From contig CAAEPH010000051.1 in assembly GCA_900757865.1 (NCBI GenBank), positions 7,858 through 71,857 on the forward strand: a stretch of DNA of 64,000 bases, in the 5' to 3' direction. Source of the DNA: an uncultured Sutterella sp. GTDB taxonomy: Bacteria > Pseudomonadota > Gammaproteobacteria > Burkholderiales > Burkholderiaceae_F. The position numbers and the translations under genes were made by a program. Numbering within the stretch: position 1 is the stretch's first letter; every line of letters starts with the position of its first letter. Under the pieces are notes generated by a model, which was not told the origin of the DNA, made no database searches, and worked only from the letters and a program-made list of their open reading frames with translations. This document shows positions 37,537 to 47,532 of this stretch, piece after piece.

Positions 37537-39291
37537 ATGACTACTTTTAACGATCTCGGTCTTTCTGACACGCTTTGTACTGCGCTATCCAATTTAGGAT
37601 TTGAAGAACCCACCCCTATCCAAATGCAGGCCATTCCTGTCATTTTGGCAGGGCATGATATTTTGGGTCAAGCAGCCACGGGAACCGGGAAAACAGCCGC
37701 CTTTGCTCTACCTTTAATTGAGCGTTATACAATCGATATTGATCCGTCTTCCCCTGTCATTCTAGTTTTGACACCTACACGTGAACTTTGTCTACAAGTC
37801 AGTGAGGCATTCCACTCGTATGGGAAAAATACCTCCCTTATCGTCACCCCAATTTATGGCGGACAAGACTACAGTCGACAAATTCGTGCTCTCAAACGAG
37901 GCACTCATGTGGTTGTTGCCACGCCAGGACGTGCGTTAGACCATATTGGTCGTGGAACACTCGATCTCTCACAAATCAAAGCCGTCGTTTTAGATGAAGC
38001 GGACGAAATGCTCGATCTGGGGTTTGCTGACGAGTTGGATGCTATCTTCGAGACACTTCCTGAGAATGTCCAAACAGCCCTCTTTTCTGCTACCTTACCT
38101 CCTAGAATTGCATCGATTGCCGAAAAACATCTCAACAACCCTACACGTATAACCATTGCTAAGGAAAGGGCCCCAGAAGGAGAACCACAACGCGTACCTC
38201 AGTTCGCCTATGTGGTTGGACACAACTATCGCATGGCTGCTTTGGGTCGTATATTAGATTTAGAAGCACCGGAGTTAGCCATCATTTTCGCTCGTACACG
38301 TAACGAGGTCGATGAATTGACTGAAGCGCTTCGCGCTCGTGGTTACAGTGTAGAGGCATTACACGGGGGGCTCGATCAACCTACACGCGACCGTGTCATG
38401 AAACGCGCTCGTTCTGGTCAGGTTGAAGTGATCGTCGCCACGGACGTAGCCGCTCGTGGCATTGATTTAGAGAACCTCACCCACGTAATCAATTTTGGTA
38501 TTCCGGCTTCTTACGAAACCTATGTCCATCGAATTGGTCGCACAGGTAGAGCAGGACGTACTGGTACTGCTATTAGTATCATTGAACCGAGAGAGCATCG
38601 ACACTTGCGAGCGCTTGAAGGAATTACCAAAGCTCGTATTGAAATTCGCTCCGTCCCCTCTGCCACTGACGTTAGAGCTAAGCGTCTTGATCTGCTGAAA
38701 GGGGAACTGGTAGAAATTTTAGAAGAGGGTAATTTGGATCATTATCGGGTTATCGTAGAGAGCTTATGCGAAGACTACGATCCTTTCGATGTGATTGCTG
38801 CCTCTTTACACCTTGCCGAAGAAATGCGTGGGACACAAGACGATGAAATGGATATTCCGCCCTACTCGAGTTTTGAGCGTCCTCGCAAAAAACGAGAAGA
38901 TAAACCCTCTCGACGTCAGCAAGATGGGCGCCAACCGTTCCAACGTACCCCTGAACCCGGCATGACTCGTCTGTTCTTTGGTATTGGACGGCAATCAGGG
39001 GTTCGACCCTCAGACCTTGTTGGAGCTATCGCCAACGAGGCTAATGTCCCTTCGAAAGCCATCGGAGCTATCGATATTTCTGATCGCTTCAGTTTGGTTG
39101 AAGTTGACAGTTCCTTAGCTAAAAATATCGTTGAAGCCCTACATGGTGTCCGTTTCAAGGGACGTCCAACCCAGGTAAAATTTGATCGTCCCGTGGCCCA
39201 AAGTGAGGAAGATCGTACGTACCACGGGGTCAAAACAAAGAGGAACTTTTCTCGTGAACAGCGCCCCATGGGGCGTCGTGCACGACGTTAA
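37537..39291 (+). CDS. deaD: ATP-dependent DEAD-box RNA helicase, DeaD/CsdA-like
   Basis: Q-motif and motif I AATGTGKT, motif II DEAD, motif III SAT and motif VI HRIGRTGRAG. A C-terminal DbpA-type RNA-binding domain ends in an Arg-rich tail. A leader of about 245 nt precedes it. Confidence 0.85.
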   Translation: MTTFNDLGLSDTLCTALSNLGFEEPTPIQMQAIPVILAGHDILGQAATGTGKTAAFALPLIERYTIDIDPSSPVILVLTPTRELCLQVSEAFHSYGKNTSLIVTPIYGGQDYSRQIRALKRGTHVVVATPGRALDHIGRGTLDLSQIKAVVLDEADEMLDLGFADELDAIFETLPENVQTALFSATLPPRIASIAEKHLNNPTRITIAKERAPEGEPQRVPQFAYVVGHNYRMAALGRILDLEAPELAIIFARTRNEVDELTEALRARGYSVEALHGGLDQPTRDRVMKRARSGQVEVIVATDVAARGIDLENLTHVINFGIPASYETYVHRIGRTGRAGRTGTAISIIEPREHRHLRALEGITKARIEIRSVPSATDVRAKRLDLLKGELVEILEEGNLDHYRVIVESLCEDYDPFDVIAASLHLAEEMRGTQDDEMDIPPYSSFERPRKKREDKPSRRQQDGRQPFQRTPEPGMTRLFFGIGRQSGVRPSDLVGAIANEANVPSKAIGAIDISDRFSLVEVDSSLAKNIVEALHGVRFKGRPTQVKFDRPVAQSEEDRTYHGVKTKRNFSREQRPMGRRARR

Positions 39292-39339
39292 GCACCTAGG
39301 TATGCTTTTTTGATTTAGCTTTTCTGTCGTATTACTGCA

Positions 39340-39969
39340 ATGTCATCAGCACGAATTCGTCTAATGGTTGGACTAGGGAATATGGGAGCCGAATATGACC
39401 ATACCCGTCATAATGTTGGATTCTGGTTCCTCGATCAACTAGCCAACCAATCTCATGTTCAATTCCGTGAAGAGACAAAATTTCACGGTTCCGTTGCTCG
39501 ATCTCGTCTCCAAGGAGAAGATGTTTGGCTTTTAAAGCCGTCAACTTATATGAACCGTTCGGGTGATGCAGTCATCACCTTAGCCCAGTACTACAAGATT
39601 TCCCCTCAAGAAATCCTCGTGATTCACGATGATTTAGATCTTCCTCCGGGATGCATGAAATTTAAGTGTGGTGGTGGCACTGCCGGTCACAATGGGTTGA
39701 AAGATATCACAGCCAAACTCGCCACCCCCAATTACTGGCGATTGCGCTTTGGCATTGGACATCCCCGTAACTTGGGGATGCAACAGGGGGTTGCTGACTT
39801 TGTTCTTTCCTCACCGTCTCGAGAACATCTCCAACTCATTGAACAGTGTCAACAACAAGCCTTGAATAGTATTGCGGATTTGGCCACAGGAGAAACCGAT
39901 CGATTTATTCGCAGTATCTCTAAGTACGGCCATCTTCCCAAGAAAAGTCCCGACAGTACTCCAGAGTAA
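39340..39969 (+). CDS. pth: Peptidyl-tRNA hydrolase
   Basis: MVGLGNMGAEYDHTRHNVGF...HDDLDLPPG...GHNGLKDI. Confidence 0.9.
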   Translation: MSSARIRLMVGLGNMGAEYDHTRHNVGFWFLDQLANQSHVQFREETKFHGSVARSRLQGEDVWLLKPSTYMNRSGDAVITLAQYYKISPQEILVIHDDLDLPPGCMKFKCGGGTAGHNGLKDITAKLATPNYWRLRFGIGHPRNLGMQQGVADFVLSSPSREHLQLIEQCQQQALNSIADLATGETDRFIRSISKYGHLPKKSPDSTPE

Positions 39970-39982
39970 ATCGATCGTGACT

Positions 39983-40468
39983 ATGCTGTTGATTAGTCAA
40001 TGTCTTTTGGGTTACCGCTGTCGCTATGACAGTAGCGCCTCCTCTGATATGCGAGAACGCCTTTCTCGGTTGGGGTACTCCGAACAAGATCTCCTGGCCG
40101 TATGTCCAGAAACGCTTGGGGGATTACCTACACCACGCTTCCCTGCGGAAGTCATCACCATTCAAGGCAAGCGTGTCGTCATCAACAAGGCTGGACAAGA
40201 TGTAACACAAGCTTTTCGGGACGGAGCAAATCAGACGCTTCAACTCGCACAAAAATACCAAGTTCGTACGGCGTTGCTTAAAAGCAAAAGTCCTTCTTGT
40301 GGCGTGCATGCTATTTATGACGGTCACTTTCATGGTGTTTTAAAATCAGAGCCAGGTCTCACTACTGAAAAACTTGTTGCTGCAGGTATCCACGTACTTG
40401 ATGAAACTGAAATTGATCAACTTCCACCCAACAAAGAATGCTCAACCTCTTCGACAGAGAAGCGTTAA
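39983..40468 (+). CDS. DUF523/TudS-like protein (putative 2-thiouracil desulfurase family)
   Basis: N-terminal SQCLLGYRCRYD and a conserved internal Cys (SKSPSCG) match the DUF523 pattern. The start lies 14 nt after the pth stop. The ORF-track start at 39872 overlaps pth and is unlikely. Confidence 0.6.
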   Translation: MLLISQCLLGYRCRYDSSASSDMRERLSRLGYSEQDLLAVCPETLGGLPTPRFPAEVITIQGKRVVINKAGQDVTQAFRDGANQTLQLAQKYQVRTALLKSKSPSCGVHAIYDGHFHGVLKSEPGLTTEKLVAAGIHVLDETEIDQLPPNKECSTSSTEKR

Positions 40469-40555
40469 GACCGTTCTTGCTTTGGGTATTTCGTTAAAAT
40501 AAGTCATTCTGACGACTGTCTTTCCAAATTTTCTTTTTATTTAAGAGATTTTCCT

Positions 40556-41650
40556 ATGGGTTTAAAGTGTGGCATTGTTGGATTGCCTAATGTTGGCAAA
40601 TCCACAATCTTCAATGCGTTAACCAAAGCAGGAATTGCTGCAGAGAACTACCCCTTTTGTACCATTGAACCAAATGTGGGTATTGTTGAGGTTCCCGACA
40701 ATCGACTAAAATCGCTAGCCGAAATCGTTTCTCCACAAAAAATCGTCCCTGCCACCGTTGAATTTGTGGATATTGCAGGTCTTGTAGCGGGAGCAAGTAA
40801 GGGGGAAGGGTTAGGTAATCAATTCCTTGCCAACATCCGAGAGTGTGATGCTATCGCGCATATTGTGCGTTGCTTCAACGATGACAATATCGTCCATGTC
40901 GCTGGCAAAGTCGACCCTCTTGACGACATCAATGTCATAAACACTGAATTAGCCCTTGCAGACTTACAAACTGTTGAAAAAGCGCTCAATCGCTACAGCA
41001 AACAAGCCCGTTCTGGCGGTGATAAAGAAGCCTTGAAATTGGTATTGGTGCTCGAGAAGATTCAGCCAGCACTCAACGAAGGCAAGGCCGTTCGAACTGT
41101 CGCCTTAACGGACGAAGAAAAAGAAACAATTCGTAGCCTATTCCTATTGACGTCTAAACCCGTTATGTATGTCGCTAACGTGGAAGAAGGTGGTTTCGAA
41201 AACAACCCTCTTCTTGAGGCAGTTAAAACTTATGCCAAAGAAGAAAATGCACCAGTGGTTGCTGTTTGCGCCAAGATTGAAGCTGAAATTGCCGATCTGG
41301 ATGATGACGACAAAGCCATGTTCTTGGCCGATATGGGAATGGAAGAAGCTGGACTTGATCGTGTGATTCGAGCTGGTTATCAGCTCCTTGGTCTGCAGAC
41401 TTACTTCACAGCAGGTGTTAAAGAAGTCCGAGCTTGGACCATTCACAAGGGTGACACTGCTCCACAAGCCGCTGGCGTCATTCACTCAGATTTTGAACGC
41501 GGTTTCATTCGCGCTCAGACCATCGGATATGACGACTACATTGCGTATCATGGTGAAAAAGGTGCCCAAGAAGCTGGGAAAATGCGAGCAGAAGGTAAGG
41601 ACTACATTGTCCAAGATGGCGATGTCATGAATTTCCTCTTTAACGTCTAA
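40556..41650 (+). CDS. ychF: Ribosome-binding ATPase YchF
   Basis: G1 motif [12 protein letters not shown]. An Obg-family G domain is followed by a TGS domain. Confidence 0.95.
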   Translation: MGLKCGIVGLPNVGKSTIFNALTKAGIAAENYPFCTIEPNVGIVEVPDNRLKSLAEIVSPQKIVPATVEFVDIAGLVAGASKGEGLGNQFLANIRECDAIAHIVRCFNDDNIVHVAGKVDPLDDINVINTELALADLQTVEKALNRYSKQARSGGDKEALKLVLVLEKIQPALNEGKAVRTVALTDEEKETIRSLFLLTSKPVMYVANVEEGGFENNPLLEAVKTYAKEENAPVVAVCAKIEAEIADLDDDDKAMFLADMGMEEAGLDRVIRAGYQLLGLQTYFTAGVKEVRAWTIHKGDTAPQAAGVIHSDFERGFIRAQTIGYDDYIAYHGEKGAQEAGKMRAEGKDYIVQDGDVMNFLFNV

Positions 41651-41673
41651 GCAACCGTTCCAACCCATTCGAA

Positions 41674-41712
41674 AAAGCCCACACGTTTTGTCACGTTGTG
41701 GGCTTTGTTTTG
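41674..41712 (+). terminator. Rho-independent terminator after ychF
   Basis: AAGCCCACACGT-loop-ACGTTGTGGGCTTTGTTTTG. Confidence 0.55.
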
Positions 41713-41748
41713 TAAGATAGGAATCAGTTACAAACTTGAGGATTTCTC

Positions 41749-42120
41749 ATGACCACCACTCAATCCAAACAACGCAAAGAGATTGCTGACCGACTTCGCT
41801 TGGAGCGTGAACGGCTAGGGTATAGTTCCCATCAAATTGCCCAACTGCTTGGCGTCAGCGATAGTGTCTATGCCTCGTTTGAAAATGGTCAAGGGGACCC
41901 AGGACTCTACAACCTGCCTCGTCTAGCCGCCTGCGGTTTCGATATTCTCTTCATTGCTACCAACGAACGACATACCCCGATGGAAGAGGAAAATGAACTG
42001 TTAAGGCGGTTTCGAGAATTATCCCAACGTGGACGCACCTCAATATTCACCACCCTCGATGCGCTAGAGCGTCTAGCGCCAAATATCAAACAAACCATTA
42101 GAGGGCGTTTTAAACGTTAA
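41749..42120 (+). CDS. XRE-family helix-turn-helix transcriptional regulator
   Basis: Cro/C1-type HTH (RLRLERERLGYSSHQIAQLLGVSDSVYASFENGQ). No other recognisable domain. Confidence 0.55.
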   Translation: MTTTQSKQRKEIADRLRLERERLGYSSHQIAQLLGVSDSVYASFENGQGDPGLYNLPRLAACGFDILFIATNERHTPMEEENELLRRFRELSQRGRTSIFTTLDALERLAPNIKQTIRGRFKR

Positions 42121-42198
42121 CTCTGTGAAATCACAAGGTTTTTTCAAATATCCTCCAGGAATTTAGTAACTTTTTGTGATAGTTTTTTTCTTACGATA

Positions 42199-42227
42199 TT
42201 GACTTACTAATAAAATTTTGCTAGTAT
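42199..42227 (+). promoter_or_regulatory. Sigma-70-type promoter for ahpC
   Basis: TTGACT-N17-TAGTAT lies about 50 nt upstream of the ahpC start. The inverted repeat ATCACAA...TTGTGAT sits just upstream of it. Confidence 0.45.
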
Positions 42228-42275
42228 ACCTCCAACACGTTGAGGGAATTAACCTCTATCTATTAGGAGTAATCA

Positions 42276-42839
42276 ATGTCTTTGCTGAATACTGAAATCA
42301 AGCCTTTCAAGGCTCAGGCTTTTCACAATGGTGAATTTATTACGTTGACCGATGCTGACCTCAAGGGTCACTGGTCTGTCGTCTTCTTCTATCCAGCAGA
42401 CTTTACCTTTGTCTGCCCGACCGAATTGGAAGACCTTGCCGATACGTATGAACAGTTCAAGAAGATCGGCGTTGAAATTTACTCGGTCTCTACCGACACT
42501 CACTTTACCCACAAAGCTTGGCATGAAAGCTCCCCAGCTGTCGGTAAAGTTCCCTTCCCGATGATTGGTGACCCCACGACCACCATCTCTCGTAACTTCG
42601 ACGTTTTGATTGAAGCCGATGGCTTGGCTGAACGTGGTACGTTTGTTATCAACCCCGAAGGCAAGATCGTTGTGATGGAACATCATGACGGTGGCATCGG
42701 TCGCGATGCTCACGAACTCCTCCGCAAGGTTCAGGCTGCTCAATACATCGCTGCCAATCCTGGCCAGGTTTGCCCAGCTAAGTGGACGCCGGGTGCTGAC
42801 ACCTTGACGCCGTCGCTTGACCTTGTTGGTAAACTCTAA
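42276..42839 (+). CDS. ahpC: Alkyl hydroperoxide reductase subunit C (2-Cys peroxiredoxin)
   Basis: Near-identical layout to E. coli AhpC, with the peroxidatic Cys in the FTFVCPTE context and the resolving Cys near the C-terminus (GQVCPAKW). Confidence 0.95.
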   Translation: MSLLNTEIKPFKAQAFHNGEFITLTDADLKGHWSVVFFYPADFTFVCPTELEDLADTYEQFKKIGVEIYSVSTDTHFTHKAWHESSPAVGKVPFPMIGDPTTTISRNFDVLIEADGLAERGTFVINPEGKIVVMEHHDGGIGRDAHELLRKVQAAQYIAANPGQVCPAKWTPGADTLTPSLDLVGKL

Positions 42840-42871
42840 TCGACGACCTATACCAACGGTCCTATGACTTT

Positions 42872-42905
42872 AACCGCAGGATCTTAAACTCCTGCGGTTT
42901 TTTTG
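42872..42905 (+). terminator. Intergenic attenuator/terminator hairpin between ahpC and ahpF
   Basis: AACCGCAGGAT-CTTAAAC-TCCTGCGGTTTTTTTTG. Confidence 0.5.
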
Positions 42906-42920
42906 ATTACAGAGATCCCA

Positions 42921-44480
42921 ATGCTTGATGCTAATTTACAAAATCAACTTCGCGCCTATTTTGCGAAGTTACAGCGCCCTGTTGTTTTGAAAGCTAACCT
43001 AGACTCCTCTAAGGGCGCAAGTGATATGGATGCCTTCTTAACGGAAGTGGCTTCACTGTCTCCTTCTTTGACCTATGAAAAAGAGTCTCGCACAGATGTT
43101 CGTGCGCCCAGCTTCCAAATCACAGCTTCTGGCGCTGATATGGGCATTCGTTTTGCTGGTACCCCCTTGGGTCATGAGTTCACGAGTTTTGTGTTAGCCG
43201 TTCTACAAGCCGGTGGTCATCCTCCTAAAGTAACGGAAGACCAACTCCAGCAAATTAAGGCCTTAAGTGAACCACTCAACTTCGAAGTGTACTTCTCTTT
43301 GTCCTGCCACAATTGTCCCGATGTCGTCCAAGCACTAAATTTGATGGCTACCATCAATCCAAACGTCCGAGTGACAAGCATTGATGGCGCCTTGTATCGT
43401 GATGAAGTGAATGAACGCAACGTCATGGCTGTTCCGGCAGTCTTCCTCAATGGCAAGTCCTTCATTTCGGGACGCCGTGAATTGGGAGAAATCTTAGCGA
43501 AGCTCGACACTGATGGCTCTGCAACGCAAAAAATCGCAGAAAAACTTTCTGCTAAGGAAACGTTTGACATCTTAGTCGTAGGCTCCGGCCCCGCTGGATC
43601 AACCGCCGCCATTTATGCCGCTCGTAAAGGTTTACGTACCGGTATGGTGTCTGAACGTTTAGGTGGACAAGTCAATGAGACGGCTGATATTCAAAACTTC
43701 ACATCCATCCTATCGACCACTGGCGAGGCTCTAGCCAAAAACTTCGCTATTCACGTTCAGTCGTATAACGTCGATATGATCAACAATCAACGCGTTGAAC
43801 GACTCGAAAAGGTTAATAACCTTTGGAAGCTTCACCTGAGCTCTGGTGCAACATTAACAGCGAAAGCGGTTATTGCAGCCACGGGAGCTCGCTGGAAGAC
43901 GCTTAACGTACCTGGAGAAGAAGAACTCAAAGGTCACGGCGTTGCCTACTGTCCCCATTGTGATGGCCCCCTATTCAAAGGAATGGATGTAGCTGTCGTT
44001 GGTGGTGGTAACTCGGGCGTTGAAGCGGCAATTGATTTGGCGGGTATTTGCCATCATGTCACTCTACTCCAGTCGCCTGACCATCTCAAAGCTGACGAAG
44101 TACTTCAGGAAAAAGTCCGCAGTCTCAAGAATGTCACGATCCTCTGTAATGCTCGTACGACTGAACTCACGGGCGACAATGGCAAATTACAGACGCTGAC
44201 TTACCGTGATAAAACCACGGACACGCTACACAATATCGATGTAGCAGGCTGCTTTGTTCAAGTCGGCCTTGTTCCTAACACCGATTGGGTAAAAGGTGCT
44301 GCCGAACTCAATCAATATGGTGAAATCATTATTAATGATCACGGTGCTACATCGGCTGAGGGTCTGTTCGCGGCGGGTGACTGCACGGCGATTCCCTATA
44401 AGCAAGTCGTTATTGGGTTGGGTGAAGGCGCTAAAGCCGCTCTGGGAGCCTTTGACTATCTCATTCGTCGACACGACTAA
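42921..44480 (+). CDS. ahpF: Alkyl hydroperoxide reductase subunit F
   Basis: Begins MLDANLQNQL, as in E. coli AhpF. The N-terminal redox CxxC reads CHNCPD, FAD/NAD motifs are present (GSGPAGSTAAIYAARKG, GGGNSGVEAAIDL), and the second CxxC reads CPHCDG. Confidence 0.9.
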   Translation: MLDANLQNQLRAYFAKLQRPVVLKANLDSSKGASDMDAFLTEVASLSPSLTYEKESRTDVRAPSFQITASGADMGIRFAGTPLGHEFTSFVLAVLQAGGHPPKVTEDQLQQIKALSEPLNFEVYFSLSCHNCPDVVQALNLMATINPNVRVTSIDGALYRDEVNERNVMAVPAVFLNGKSFISGRRELGEILAKLDTDGSATQKIAEKLSAKETFDILVVGSGPAGSTAAIYAARKGLRTGMVSERLGGQVNETADIQNFTSILSTTGEALAKNFAIHVQSYNVDMINNQRVERLEKVNNLWKLHLSSGATLTAKAVIAATGARWKTLNVPGEEELKGHGVAYCPHCDGPLFKGMDVAVVGGGNSGVEAAIDLAGICHHVTLLQSPDHLKADEVLQEKVRSLKNVTILCNARTTELTGDNGKLQTLTYRDKTTDTLHNIDVAGCFVQVGLVPNTDWVKGAAELNQYGEIIINDHGATSAEGLFAAGDCTAIPYKQVVIGLGEGAKAALGAFDYLIRRHD

Positions 44481-44500
44481 GTTCACATTTCCCTAACATA

Positions 44501-44540
44501 AACTGAGGCATCACCACAGGTGATCCTCAGTTTTTTTGTT
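44501..44540 (+). terminator. Rho-independent terminator after ahpF
   Basis: CTGAGGCATCACC...GGTGATCCTCAG followed by TTTTTTTG. Confidence 0.5.
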
Positions 44541-44728
44541 TTTCCCTGCTCCACAAAAACACTCCAGAGGTTTCATAAAAAAGACAACAGGGTAATGAGT
44601 GTTTTTCACAGAACCCCTTTAGGTAAGCCTAACTTCTCGGCTCTATTCTCAGCTCGTGCTAACATCCTCTTAAACTCATTTATTTACCTTTTTCTACTCC
44701 TAAAGCGATGCTGTCTTGGCAACTTTCT

Positions 44729-46699
44729 ATGAAGCGACTTCTTCGAAGCTTATTACTGTTTTTCTTAGCCTTAGCCTCTTTAGGATTAATCATTGTGATC
44801 TCCTTGCACTGGCTCATTACGCCAAGTCATGTATATGAACGCATTGAATCATCACTGCAGCAGGAGCTTCACCTTTCGCTCCAGTCCGATGGGCTTCCTT
44901 CCGTAAAACTACTCCCTCGTCTAAGCATTACTTTCCCTCGAGGGCAACTCCGGTCCTTGGACAATCCGCAATGGCAATTGACTTATGCCAAGACTGTCAT
45001 CACAATGCCAACGTTGGCCTATTGGGCAAAAACTCCTAAGTTGACGCAGGTTGATTTTTCTAATGCCACCCTAACCACTGATGAGTCTTTTTCCCTGTCT
45101 AACTCATCCGTCCAGGAGTTTTTAAAGTACCCTATTGAACACATAAATTTACTGAATTTTAATGTGAGAGATAGTGACTGGGCAGCTCAGCACCTCACGC
45201 TCCATTTGGACACCCTTCCCTCGTCTTTACGGCAATTGGATTTTGAGGGAGAACTGCTCATTCACAACCAACGCGTTCACACGCAGCTCAAGGGACTTCT
45301 TCCTGGCGTATCTCAAATGGCTGAGTCCGTGCTCCCAATTGAACAGTTGAAAGGAGAAATGAAAGGGACGAACTGGCAAATCACGATTGAAAAAGGGCGA
45401 ATTCCAGATGCTTTAAACACTCCAGAGCAGTGGCAAGAATTGCAAGGGAACGCACAACACACTCGATTTGGCGAGTTCTTTTGGCAAAGCCAATCTCTTC
45501 TCTGCACATTTAATCGCCTACATCTCCATGACGCACAACTCACGCCTGTCGGAGCAACCGCGGTAAATTGGGGACTCACTCTATCGGGAGATATTGACTG
45601 GAAGGACTCAAGCCTTCTCGTTCCCAAGCTGATTCTCCAAACCTCACCAGACACATCATGGGGTACGGCCTTTCTTTCTGGGTTCGCGAAATATGATCTA
45701 ACAAATCAAGCCTTTAATCTATCTTTATCGGGCCTCTTACAAGATACTCCTGCATCCATTCAATTAGAGCGACAAGGGAGCACTGTATCTCTTGTTTCTC
45801 CTATCCAAGGTCATATTGAAGTCGCTCGATTCCCTGCCGTATCGCCCACATCCGCACTCAAAGCGATCGATATGCTTTGGCCTGAATCTGCAGAGATTGG
45901 CATCAAAATCCATACGCTAGATCAACCTCCCCTCAATAACATAGAGGGAAAACTACGTATTGCTCATAACGAGCTGTCCTCTGTTGCACCTGGTCTACAG
46001 GCTGATATCTTGGGAAAACCTGCCCTACTGACTTTTTCTATCGCTCGCGATGCTCACTGGCAAGCCAATCTAGAAACCTACCATACCGAACTTCAAGCGC
46101 TTGGATGGCCTCTCCCCCTATCGGGCTTAACCAATCTTCACTTAATTGGGCAGGGATACATTGGGAAATCCTCGGATTGGAAAGGAAACTTCCTCATCCA
46201 GAGTGGGCAACTCATAGGAATCAACATCCCAGAGATCGCCCGCCTTCTCAAAGAAGAAATCCCAGTTAACCAACCTCCCGAAGTCTTTACGCACCACTCG
46301 AGAACCTCTTTCCCTAAGGCTCAAGGACACTTGAGCTTCACGACCCAAGAGGGCTGGAAACTGTCTCAACTTGTCATCCAGACATCACAATGGAACCTCA
46401 AAGCCAACGGGGATTTAACCTCTGAAAAAAGCCAAATGACCGGAGAGGTGGACCTTAAGCTCTTCGCCAAAACCGTCCCTTTACCTTTTTCGGTTTCGCA
46501 ATCTAAAGGCACACCTCCTACATGGGTAACTCAGTGGGAGAGAGCAACTGATCTGCTGCAAGAAGAAGCCGAGCAACTTCCTTGGAGTTGGGATCGTGCT
46601 AAACAAAAAGGGAAACGCTGGTGGCAGAACTTTGAACAGTGGCTCTCAACGGTCATTCCGTTTGATCTTTGGATAGAAAAGCTTCAGAGCTTTTTTTAG
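44729..46699 (+). CDS. AsmA-family envelope protein (putative)
   Basis: N-terminal TM anchor (LLLFFLALASLGLIIVISL) followed by a region that aligns in pattern with the E. coli AsmA N-terminus (P-x6-V...L-x-L-x-DG...P-x-LSI). The remainder is a large periplasmic domain. Confidence 0.55.
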   Translation: MKRLLRSLLLFFLALASLGLIIVISLHWLITPSHVYERIESSLQQELHLSLQSDGLPSVKLLPRLSITFPRGQLRSLDNPQWQLTYAKTVITMPTLAYWAKTPKLTQVDFSNATLTTDESFSLSNSSVQEFLKYPIEHINLLNFNVRDSDWAAQHLTLHLDTLPSSLRQLDFEGELLIHNQRVHTQLKGLLPGVSQMAESVLPIEQLKGEMKGTNWQITIEKGRIPDALNTPEQWQELQGNAQHTRFGEFFWQSQSLLCTFNRLHLHDAQLTPVGATAVNWGLTLSGDIDWKDSSLLVPKLILQTSPDTSWGTAFLSGFAKYDLTNQAFNLSLSGLLQDTPASIQLERQGSTVSLVSPIQGHIEVARFPAVSPTSALKAIDMLWPESAEIGIKIHTLDQPPLNNIEGKLRIAHNELSSVAPGLQADILGKPALLTFSIARDAHWQANLETYHTELQALGWPLPLSGLTNLHLIGQGYIGKSSDWKGNFLIQSGQLIGINIPEIARLLKEEIPVNQPPEVFTHHSRTSFPKAQGHLSFTTQEGWKLSQLVIQTSQWNLKANGDLTSEKSQMTGEVDLKLFAKTVPLPFSVSQSKGTPPTWVTQWERATDLLQEEAEQLPWSWDRAKQKGKRWWQNFEQWLSTVIPFDLWIEKLQSFF

Positions 46700-46735
46700 C
46701 CTCAATTTAGCAAGTGAAACTCCAGGTCGCTCTCG

Positions 46736-47041
46736 TTATGAATGGCGGAAATCAGGAATACCCGTTTCTTCTATGGCTTTTTGTACACGTCGCCGAAGTT
46801 TCAGACGTTGCGCTTTCTCTAGCAATTGTTCACGACTCTCTTGGCGACGAGGATTAGGAATAATACATTCCTCTATGGGGCAAAGTGATACGCATTGGGG
46901 AGATGCGTACTCACCAACACACTCTGTACACTTACCCGCCCGAATAAAGAAATATTCTTCCCCCATCTCAATAGCCTGATTGGGGCACTCTGGCTCACAC
47001 ACGCCACAATTGATACAAGTATCCGTTATCATCAGGGCCAT
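46736..47041 (-). CDS. YfhL-type 2x[4Fe-4S] ferredoxin
   Basis: Two Cys clusters (CINCGVCEPECP and CTECVGEYASPQCVSLCP). Confidence 0.8.
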   Translation of the reverse strand: MALMITDTCINCGVCEPECPNQAIEMGEEYFFIRAGKCTECVGEYASPQCVSLCPIEECIIPNPRRQESREQLLEKAQRLKLRRRVQKAIEETGIPDFRHS

Positions 47042-47045
47042 TTTT

Positions 47046-47531
47046 CTATTCCTTTCTCAATGCGTTCCCCAAAGCCTCTAGCACAATAGGTGAAACGAAT
47101 TTTGCCGCGTCTTTCAAACTAAATCGGGCAATTTCTCTTACAAACGTACCGCTCACAAATTGATATTGATCAGATGGCGCCAAAAAAATCGTCTCTACAT
47201 CAGGCATCAATTGTCGGTTCATACCCGCCATCTGAAACTCGTACTCAAAATCACTGACCGCTCTTGCACCACGAACAATAACTGTGGCTCCAGAAGAATA
47301 AACAAAGTCTTTTAATAATCCTTCAAAAGACTGCACTTTAACATTGTCCATATGGGAAAAAAGCTCATTCGCCAGACTGACTCGTGTGCTCAGATCTAAT
47401 AAGGGATGTTTACCTTCACTTGGTGCTACAGCCACGTATACTCGATCAAAAATACGAGCAGCGCGTCGCACAATATCCTCATGCCCTAAAGTCATGGGAT
47501 CAAATGTTCCAGGATAAACCGCAATAGCCAT
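47046..47531 (-). CDS. coaD: Phosphopantetheine adenylyltransferase
   Basis: [18 protein letters not shown] carries the T/HxGH nucleotidyltransferase motif. Confidence 0.9.
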   Translation of the reverse strand: MAIAVYPGTFDPMTLGHEDIVRRAARIFDRVYVAVAPSEGKHPLLDLSTRVSLANELFSHMDNVKVQSFEGLLKDFVYSSGATVIVRGARAVSDFEYEFQMAGMNRQLMPDVETIFLAPSDQYQFVSGTFVREIARFSLKDAAKFVSPIVLEALGNALRKE

Positions 47532-47532
47532 C

